Assembly (NCBI GenBank): GCA_013239625.1
Contig: MU053482.1
Coordinates: 347,168-411,167 of the forward strand
Direction of reading: 5' to 3'
Length of the DNA: 64,000 nt
Source of the DNA: Lama guanicoe
Lineage: Eukaryota
Part shown: positions 56,171 to 64,000 of the stretch, in pieces
Layout: every line of letters begins with the position of its first letter
How positions within the stretch are numbered: the first letter of the stretch is position 1
Notes under the pieces: generated by a model
The model's input: the letters and a program-made list of their open reading frames with translations, nothing else
What the model was told of the DNA's origin: nothing
Database searches by the model: none
Translations under genes and position numbers: made by a program

Positions 56171-57556
56171 CATCGTTCAGTCTTCTCCCAGCTCAATCAG
56201 CTATTTGCATAATCAGAGGAAGGCTTTTTATCTGAAGAGACCAAAATGAATCTGCATTTAACCTTTGGCCTTTTGCCAGTGATTTAGAGGTATAGAGGTG
56301 TTTTTAATTCAAAATCTCACTTTTTGGTATCTTCTGCTCTAAACATCCACAGATTAGTCAACACCTAAAACACCTCCACCTACAGCAGATCATTCACATC
56401 TTGCTACAAGGCAGGCTGGGGAACATCATCTTTATTCTTACCAGTCACTTACTCAATTAAAAATTGGGTTCAAGGAAGAAAAGGAGAAGGGCTATTGGGA
56501 GACACCTGCCAATCTATTTTCCATACTAACCAAGAGTGATTCTTGTAAAATATGCGTTTAACCATGGTACTGATCTACATAAGGTCTTCCACGACTCCAG
56601 ACTCCTTAGCCTCACAAGTGGGGCTTCTCTGATCAGGTTCCAGATGACTTCTCTGGCCTCCTCTTCAACCAGTTTTTTTTTTTTATTCTTTGATGCTTGG
56701 TTATAAAAGAATCAGTTTATTTGTGGTGTTCATCATGCTAATAATTCCAGACTCTGTTTTGCCTTTTCTTGGTATGCCCCACATTCATCTATGTATTTAC
56801 ATATTTCATAAATATTTGAATGACTTTTACCAACGTTAAGTCCTGCAGATATAGAGGTGAATGAGAAAGATGCTATCCTTGTTTTCTTGGAATTTAACTT
56901 CGATATGGTGATGGCCAATATAGAACAAGTAATCACAACTGTGATGAACGTCGCAAAGAAGAAACGTGCATTGTAATGGGGATATACAGTAGTGCCAACT
57001 TACCTGCATGTGGGATGAAGGAGAGCTTCCCTGAGGAAGTGATTTTGAAGCTGAGATTTCAAAGGTGAATTAGAATTAATCAGGCAAAGACAGGGGGAAG
57101 AGCTGCCCTTCTTTCCTTCATGTCTTTGCTTAGATGCCACCTTTTATTAAGACTTACTCTGATTATCCTACTTAAAATTGCAACCTGTCCTCCCTTAAGA
57201 CATTCCTGATCCCCTTTTTTCCATAGCACTGCCACTTCTTATGTACTATACAGTTTATTCATTTTATTACTTGTTATTTGTGTCCCCCACTGGAGTGTCA
57301 GCTCCATAAATCAGGAATTTTTGTCAGTGTTATTGTTTTGTACACTGATGTAACCAGACACCCAAATTAATGCCCAACACAGGTGATACTCAACAAATAC
57401 TTACTGATAAATTAAGGTAAGAGAGTATTTCCAGAGCAAAGTTCTAGAGCTTGGCTTAAGAGAGAGGAGAAACTCTTACTGGAAACAGGAAGGAGGGAGG
57501 AAGGGATGAGATCAGATCTAAGTAGTTGTGATTTGGTTTTGGGAAGTTGAGAGTTC

Positions 57557-57653
57557 ATTTATTTATCTGTCTTCCTTTAAATGGAGGTACTGGGGATTGA
57601 CCTGACCTTGTGCATGCTAAACATGCACTCTACCACTGAGCTTTACCCTCCCC
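57557..57653 (-). mobile_element. tRNA-derived SINE, Vic-1-like
   Basis: Same head, small deletion next to the B box; TSD tgagagttc / tgagaattc. Confidence 0.85.
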
Positions 57654-57675
57654 TGAGAATTCCTTTTAAATAACT

Positions 57676-58111
57676 GTGTAATGGTTAGTTTTGTGTGTCA
57701 AATTGGCTGGGCTACAGTACCCAGTTATTTCATCAAACACTAATAATCGAGGTGTTACTGTGAAGGTATTTTATAGATGTGGTTAACATCTACAGCCAGT
57801 TGACTTTAAGTAAAAGAAACTGCCCTCAGTAATGTGGGTGGACTTCATCCAATCAGCTGAAGGCCTTGAAAGCAAAAACTGAGATTTCCCAGAGAAGAAG
57901 AAATTCTCCCTCAAGACACTGCAACATTAACTCCTGCCTGAGTTTCCAGCATGCTGACCTATCTACCTTAAGGATTTTGGACTTGCCAGCCCCACAATCA
58001 TGTGAGCCAATTTCTTAAAATAAACGCCTCTCTGTCTCTCTATCTCTGTCTCTTCTCTGTGCGTCTCTCTCTATATATTGGTTCTCTTTTTCTGGGGAAC
58101 CCTGACTGATA
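57676..58111 (+). mobile_element. Solo LTR, MLT2-like (ERVL)
   Basis: tgtaatggttagttttgtgtgtcaaattggctggg...gtgagccaatttcttaaaataaa...gaaccctgactgata. Confidence 0.8.
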
Positions 58112-58303
58112 TCTTTTTTTTTTTTTTGAAGTAGGAAGTAAAGTTACCAGAGAGTAAAACAAGAAAATGGAAGATGAGAGTGCAACAGAAGGCTTGAAAT
58201 AGTCTTTGCAGAGAATGAGAGAGTGAACTGACAAAAGGAGCATAATTAGGTTATTAGGTAGTGTTGAGGGCTCGGTAGAAGTTTCTGAACAGATTTCCTT
58301 TTT

Positions 58304-58539
58304 GACCTTGCCTGTCTGGAAAACTGTTGTTTTTGTTTTTTTTTTTTAATTGAAGTATAATTTTTAAAATTTTATTTATTTGGTTAGGTTTTTTTGTTTT
58401 GTTTGGTGGGAGGTACTTAGGAGACCTTGCCTGTCTGGAAAACTGTTGTTTTTGTTTTTTTTTTTAATTGAAGTATAATTTTTAAAATTTTATTTATTTG
58501 GTTAGGTTTTTTTGTTTTGTTTGGTGGGAGGTACTTAGG
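58304..58539. repeat. Tandem duplication, 118 bp plus 117 bp
   Basis: 58304-58421 and 58423-58539 identical except one T in a poly-T run. Confidence 0.95.
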
Positions 58540-58634
58540 TATATTTATTTATTTTAATGGAGGTACTGGGGATTGAACCCAGGACCTCATACATGCTAAA
58601 CACGTACTCTACCATTGAGCTATATCCTCTCCCC
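58481..58634 (-). mobile_element. tRNA-derived SINE, Vic-1-like, nested in an L1 3' end
   Basis: Same head; TSD ttgaagtataatt at 58468-58480 and 58637-58649. Confidence 0.85.
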
Positions 58635-58636
58635 AG

Positions 58637-58835
58637 TTGAAGTATAATTGACATACATTGTTATATTAGTTTCAGGTGTACAACATATGATTTGACATTT
58701 ATATAAATTATGAGATGATCACCATGATAAGTCCAGTTACCATCTGTCACCAATGAAAGTAATTACAGTGTTTATTGACTATATTCCCTATTCCAAATAT
58801 TATGTCCCCATAACTTATTTATTTTATAACTGGAA
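58637..58835 (-). mobile_element. L1 (L1MA-type) 3' UTR fragment
   Basis: ttgaagtataattgacatac...gtttcaggtgtacaacatatgattt...ccatctgtcacca is a typical reversed L1 3' end. Confidence 0.7.
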
Positions 58836-59029
58836 AAAAACTGTTCTTTAAGGCCTTAAACTTTAGAGCCTACTATGATTCTATGACTCTTCCTTGCCTT
58901 TTCTAGGAAGAGTTCTTATCTGTGCCCTCACTGAACCCTTTTGTTATGTCTTGTTCACCATTTTGTCCACAGCTCTTGGTAGAGCGCCATAAACAACAGC
59001 ACAGACACCTAGCTCACACAGATCCACTG

Positions 59030-59230
59030 TACCTGGTGCTTATCTACCAGCCTCTATTCCAAGCATTGTACGTACATTAACTCATTTAATTCTCATGACA
59101 GCCCGGTAAGGTAGGTACTATTATTATCTTCATTTTATAAAAAATAAAAAATAAAACTGCAGTAAAATATCCCACAACTAGCAAGTGCTGGGCTCAGGTG
59201 TTCAGTCCAGGCAGTCTGACTCCCAGAGGC
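59030..59230 (-). mobile_element. MIR SINE
   Basis: attaactcatttaattctcatgacagcccggtaaggtaggtactattattatcttcatttta. Confidence 0.7.
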
Positions 59231-60020
59231 CATCCTCCTGGCTAACGAAAGTTGCTGTACATTTATGCATCTGTTCCACAGATACATTCTGATCACCTAC
59301 TCATGGTGCCCAGCACTAAGGGCTGAGGGAAGAGCAGAGAGCAGTCAGAATCTCTGCCACCGTGGAGCTTATACTTCTAGTCAGGAGAAATGGACAATAA
59401 GTAACTAAGTAAGTATTGATATGAGGCGGTAATAAGTGCTACGGAGAAAAATAATGTGGGGTATGGAGGATCAGAAAGGTGGGGAGAAGGTTGCTATTTT
59501 ATGGTAGGTAGTCAGAGAAGAACTCACTAGTAAGGTCTCTGAGCAGGGACTTGAAACGAGGGAATAGGCCTAGTGGACATCTGGGAGAAGAGTATTCACT
59601 GTGGTCTAAGCCTCTGCTTGTCCCCAGGTATCCATTGTCTTCTTCCTTTACTAGTCGAACCCCTGACTTTAATCTGGGCACATGGTTACTGAAAATAAAA
59701 ATCAGATGTTGCAGCTTTCCTTGCAGCTAGGTATGTCCCTGTGATTGAGTGATGTGTGCAATGCCAGTTTTTGCCTTGAAAGGTAAGACTATGTCTTCTC
59801 TGCTCTACCCCATCTCACTAGCTGGGATGAAACCCAATACACATGATGGTGAACTCTCTTGGACTTTGAAGACAAGGACCATTTCCTTGGAGAAGGCAGC
59901 ACAACTGAAAGGCAGCCATATTACCTCTGGAGTACTTATACTTGGACAGTTATGTGAGAGAGAAAATAAGCTATCATGTTAAGCCATTGTATTTTGGGGT
60001 CTTTTTGTTATTACAGCATA

Positions 60021-60622
60021 TGTATGGTAGACAGAATGGTAATATGGTGCCCAGGATTTTCTGCCCCCTATGTACACACCCCATATAATCCCTTGGACTG
60101 TGAATATGATAGGTTTAACTTCTGTGATTAGGTTACATTTTATAGCATACTTGACTATAAGAAAGATTATCTGGGTGGGTCTGGCCTAACCACATGAACT
60201 TTTTTAAAGCAGAAAGTTTTCTCTGGCTAGTTGCAGAAAAGAATGTCAGAAAGTTTCGAAGCATGAAAAGGGTTTGAGGTGCTGTTGCTGGTTTGAAGAT
60301 GGAGGGGCCATATGGCGAGGAAGACAGGTGGCTTATAGGACCTGAGAGTGACCCCCAGCTGATGTCCAGGAGGAAACAGGAACCTCAGTCCCACAACCGC
60401 AAGATACTGAATCCTGCGAACAACAAGGATGAGCTTGAAAGAGGATTTTCCTCCAGAGCCTCCGGACAAGAATCTAGCCTAGCCAACACCTTGATTTCAG
60501 GCTTATCGTACCCTGAGCAGAGAACCCAGTCAGGCCATGCTGGGCATGGATCTACAGAACTGTGAGATAGTAATCAGGTGCTTAGTTTGTAACAGTCGGT
60601 AACAGCCACAGAAAACTGTAGG
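60021..60622 (+). mobile_element. Solo LTR, MLT1-like (MaLR)
   Basis: tggtagacagaat...gattatctgggtggg...gccaacaccttgattt...ctacagaactgtgagata. Confidence 0.75.
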
Positions 60623-61399
60623 TACTATAGGTAGGCTCTGAGGTGGGAGCGTGCTCCGTGGGATGCAGGCAATAGAAGTGGTGTGAATAGGGGAGAGTAG
60701 GACAGGTTACAGAGGGAGCAGCCACCTTGGGTCAGATGGCAGCTTGTAGGCCACACAGAACTTCGGCTTTCCTGAGAGAATGAGATAATAAGGCATTAGT
60801 GAGTTTTGAGCAGGGGAGTGATAGGATCTGCCTGTATTTTAAAAGGGTCACTGGCTTTTCTGGAAGGAGTAGATTGTAGGGGGAAGGGTGGAAGCATGGA
60901 GACCAGTAGGAAGGTTATGGGATAATCCAGGTGAAAGGTGGTTGTAGCTTAGACCAAGGTGTAGCTCTTAAGGTAGTGAGCAATAGTTGGATTCTGGATA
61001 TATTTTGAAGCTGTTGCTTAACAGAATTTGCTAAAGCTTAGATATCGAATGTGTGTGTGCAGGGTGGGGAGTCCAAATTTTGATCCAAGCAACTGGAAAA
61101 ATGGACTTACCATTTACTGAGATGGGGAAGACCGTGAAAGGAACAGGTTCCTTTCTGTTTTGGTGGGGAGACAGTTAGGAGTCTGGTTTTGGACATTTTA
61201 CATTTTTAATTTGGGGATTCTTACCAGATATCCAAAGCAGAGGTGGGACTCCATCATACGCTGAATTTTTGTTTTTTTAAATCATCAGGCTCCCCTACCC
61301 TTGATTTTGAGCTCCCGGTGACCCAGGATTTTGTCTTACTTGGGTTTGGGGGAGATGAGGTGGATGTTTGAGAGTGTGTGTTGGCGGGGGAGGGGGTCC

Positions 61400-61734
61400 C
61401 AAAGACAGCTTGTTGGTGCCCGGCGCTCGCCTACACGCTCCGTGATTGGGTAAACGGGCACATGGATTATACCTGCCCGCGACGCTCTCAGGATTGCTAC
61501 TTTCCCAAGTCAACCGTGTGCCTCTTTTCCAGACGCAACCCGGCAGACCTTTATTCCCAAGGCCTGCGCACAGCCGACAAGTTTGGCCTGGGCCCCGCCC
61601 TTCCCAGGCCCTTCTCCCTTGGCCCCGCCCCTTTCTGGCTCCGCGGGTGCTCTCAGCAGAGGCTCCGGCCTCTTCTAACCTTCTAACCGGCCTCTTCTAA
61701 CCGTTCTAACAGCAGAGAGGGGATGGAGCTGCCG
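61400..61734 (+). promoter_or_regulatory. DNHD1: DNHD1 promoter and first exon (donor CCG|gtgagt at 61734/61735)
   Basis: Local CpG enrichment, reverse CCAAT 61445-61449, two GGCCCCGCCC boxes 61591 and 61621, MYB-like motifs. Confidence 0.7.
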
Positions 61735-62174
61735 GTGAGTCCGCTGCTGGGGATCCGCTTCCCTTCGCCCTCCTCCCCCACTTTCACTACTGGTCCCAGG
61801 AGTGTCCCCTTCTCCCACACTCCCACAGATCCTCCCCCTCCTCCCCACCTGGTCCTCTCCGCCCTCTCCCTCGCCCCTCCATCCAACCAAGTAGTTCTGT
61901 GAACCCAGTCCTCTGCTTTCTGTCTAACCACCCACCTCAGTGCATGGGCAGATGACTAGGGCTTTGCTGCCTCTGAGTGACTACCTGTTCTTCCCCTTCA
62001 GGCGATCGCCAGGCTCTAGTCCCAGTGACAGTTCCTTGCTGTTCTGAGGTCCTCTGAGTGAGCCCCTTTCAGTGTGTGTGTCGATTTGCCTCCACAAGTG
62101 ATCACACCTGTATGCCAGTCTCTGTGGTTGGACCCAAGTCTTCGATCATCCATTTCTCCAACAGGCACATCCCC

Positions 62175-62238
62175 ATGAACCCTCAGCAGCAGGTCAATCT
62201 CTGTTCCCTTCCTTTGCCTCCGGTGCCCCTTAGGCCAG
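62175..62238 (+). CDS. DNHD1: DNHD1 probable first coding exon (acceptor at 62165)
   Basis: ATG 62175, MNPQQQVNLCSLPLPPVPLRP, donor CAG|gtgagg; phase 1 joins in frame to 62492. Confidence 0.7.
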
Positions 62239-62491
62239 GTGAGGGGACATTGTCCCGGGCAGTGGGAAGGAACTTTGTGCGGGGAGGGCCCTACCTCTGT
62301 CCTGGGCCTGCTTACCAGTCTTTAGGAAAGCTGTAGGGAGGGTTGAGGGTCTCTGGTCTGGCTCTCCCCTGCAGCTCCATCCATTTATTTCCCCGTCTGA
62401 AGTCCCTCCCTTCCCCTTCACCCTAACCCCTTGACCCTGCCTAGAGCCTAAACCCTCTTCTCTTGCCCTTCTCCTGAGTTGGGCCAAGCAG

Positions 62492-63308
62492 GTGAGGTCC
62501 AGCCACGAGGAACATGGAACTGGCATTCGGATCCTGAGCAGTGGGCATGGTCGATTCGACAGCAGCTGAATGCCTGGCTCCTCTTGGTCTCAGGTGAAGA
62601 GGTGTCATCCGAAGCCCTTGAATCTCGGCACTCTGTAGGTATCCAAGACAAAGGAGAGCAGCCCTGGCCCCGTCAGGTAAAACAGAGACAGTGCCTGAAG
62701 GCAGCCGTGACTCGGTCAGAGCGGCCTACGGTCCTGGAGCTCCTGGTAGCTGAGCTCCGAACTCTGTTCTCAGCTGTGCTGCAGGACGGCAGCCCTGACG
62801 CATGGTACTACCTGCTTGCGGTGCTGAATCTGCTCCCTCCATATCGTGCACTGCTTGTCGGTCACCTTGATTTGCTGCCTTTCCTGGAGCAGCTGTACCG
62901 CTGGGCACCCTGGGTCGAGTCCCAGCTCCAGCTGGACCTGCTAGTTGCCATAGACCAGGCCTTTCCCCGAGACACCTCTTTGTTAGAGGGCACCTCCCAT
63001 GTTGACTGCTGTCCCCAGAAGCAGAGGTTCCATCGTAGGACTCCACGCCCAGCCTGCCCTATTGTGCAGGCTTGTTGGGGAGGGCAGCACGTAGATGAGG
63101 AGTTGTCCACGTGGCTGCGACCACTGACACTGCCTGAGCTACAGCACAGCCTGGGTATCGTTGGTGCCGAGATGGCCCTGGAAGAGGCCCAGTGGTTAGA
63201 TGGCCTCAACCTCCTGCCCTTGGCACTTGCGACGGACATCCCTGTACAGTATGAAAGCAGTGACACTGGCAACGGAGAGGAGGAGCCCGTTGAAAGAAGA
63301 GAGACTAA
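62492..63308 (+). CDS. DNHD1: Dynein heavy chain domain 1, large N-terminal coding exon (gene continues beyond window)
   Basis: PTVLELLVAELRTLFSAVLQDG...LDLLPFLEQLY...WLRPLTLPELQ...LPLALATDIPVQYESSDT matches the recalled DNHD1 N-terminus; donor AA|gtaagt at 63309; synteny after TIMM10B. Confidence 0.93.
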
Positions 63309-64000
63309 GTAAGTGAGGGACCATATCTGGGGCTTTGAGCAAAGGAGAGAAAGAAGCCAGTTCATGGGTGCCTCTCAGGTCACTTGGATGTCTAGAGCCA
63401 GCTTCATAATTGATGTTAGCGATTAGCCTGACCCCGAGCCAAGCTGGTGTGAGGCTACTTCTTGCTTCCTTTTTGTCTGCAGAATGAACCCAGTGTTCTC
63501 AGTGTTAATCCCCAAAAGGAAGTGCAGAAATTCATGAAAATCAAAAGTCAACCATGAGGAAGCCAAAGCTTCAGAAAAAACCTTGAGTTTCCAGAGTTTC
63601 TACACTTCTTTTGCAGACAGTGCTTAGTTCTTTTTCTCACTCGTTTGTAATCCCTGTCTTGCCTCTGGGCCTACCTAGTGCTGGGTGCTGGAAGCTGGGT
63701 CCAGGTCCTTCCCTTGGGCTGCTCCTAGTGAGTGCTTGTCTGAAGGCCCTTCCCATTCATGTCTGTGTGAGCTAAGCCAGCTCCAAAGGCAGATTAGAGT
63801 TAGCAGCACTACCAGATGAGACTTTAATTCTGACCCTTCTAGAGTCTTCTTCCTGCCCTGCGAGCGTCGGAATCCTAGCCCCTGGAGCTATGATTTTTCT
63901 CCCTAATCTGGCTCTCATTGCTCTCTTCAGGGTTTCAGAATGCCTACAGAGACCCTCTCTTCTGAGAGTTCTCTAATTCTAGTCTTAGAATTTCTCCCTG

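Noticed and set aside
56203..56210. Isolated octamer motifs (also 11573-11580)
   Set aside because: Single 8-mers are expected by chance in 64 kb; no supporting context
62449..62600. DNHD1 as a pseudogene because the human-equivalent ATG is missing
   Set aside because: An upstream exon supplies an in-frame ATG and the 817-nt exon is intact with a canonical donor

Overview
Mammalian genomic DNA, very probably camelid (four copies of a tRNA-derived SINE of the Vic-1 type; artiodactyl-like hemopexin), syntenic with human 11p15.4. Gene order: HPX (-, 10 exons, 455 aa), TRIM3 (-, 11 coding exons, 744 aa), ARFIP2 (-, 7 coding exons, 341 aa) head-to-head with TIMM10B (+, 3 exons, 104 aa) on a shared ETS/CRE-rich bidirectional promoter, then the 5' end of DNHD1 (+). 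I reconstructed all exons by hand with GT-AG boundaries and consistent phases; the four complete genes are intact. Introns and intergenic DNA are mostly old repeats (L2, MIR, L1 3' ends, MER21, MLT1/MLT2, Tigger1). I found no convincing new multi-gene system. The best second-look items are splice and regulatory architecture. DNHD1 starts in an upstream mini-exon whose junction regenerates a 5' splice site (recursive-splicing-like). ARFIP2 intron 3 holds a stop-containing 99-nt alternative acceptor and an 87-nt in-frame cassette candidate. A divergent CTCF motif pair separates HPX from the TRIM3/ARFIP2 promoters. There is also a near-perfect 118-bp tandem duplication. Comparisons to human and other orthologues and repeat family names are from memory, not from searches.
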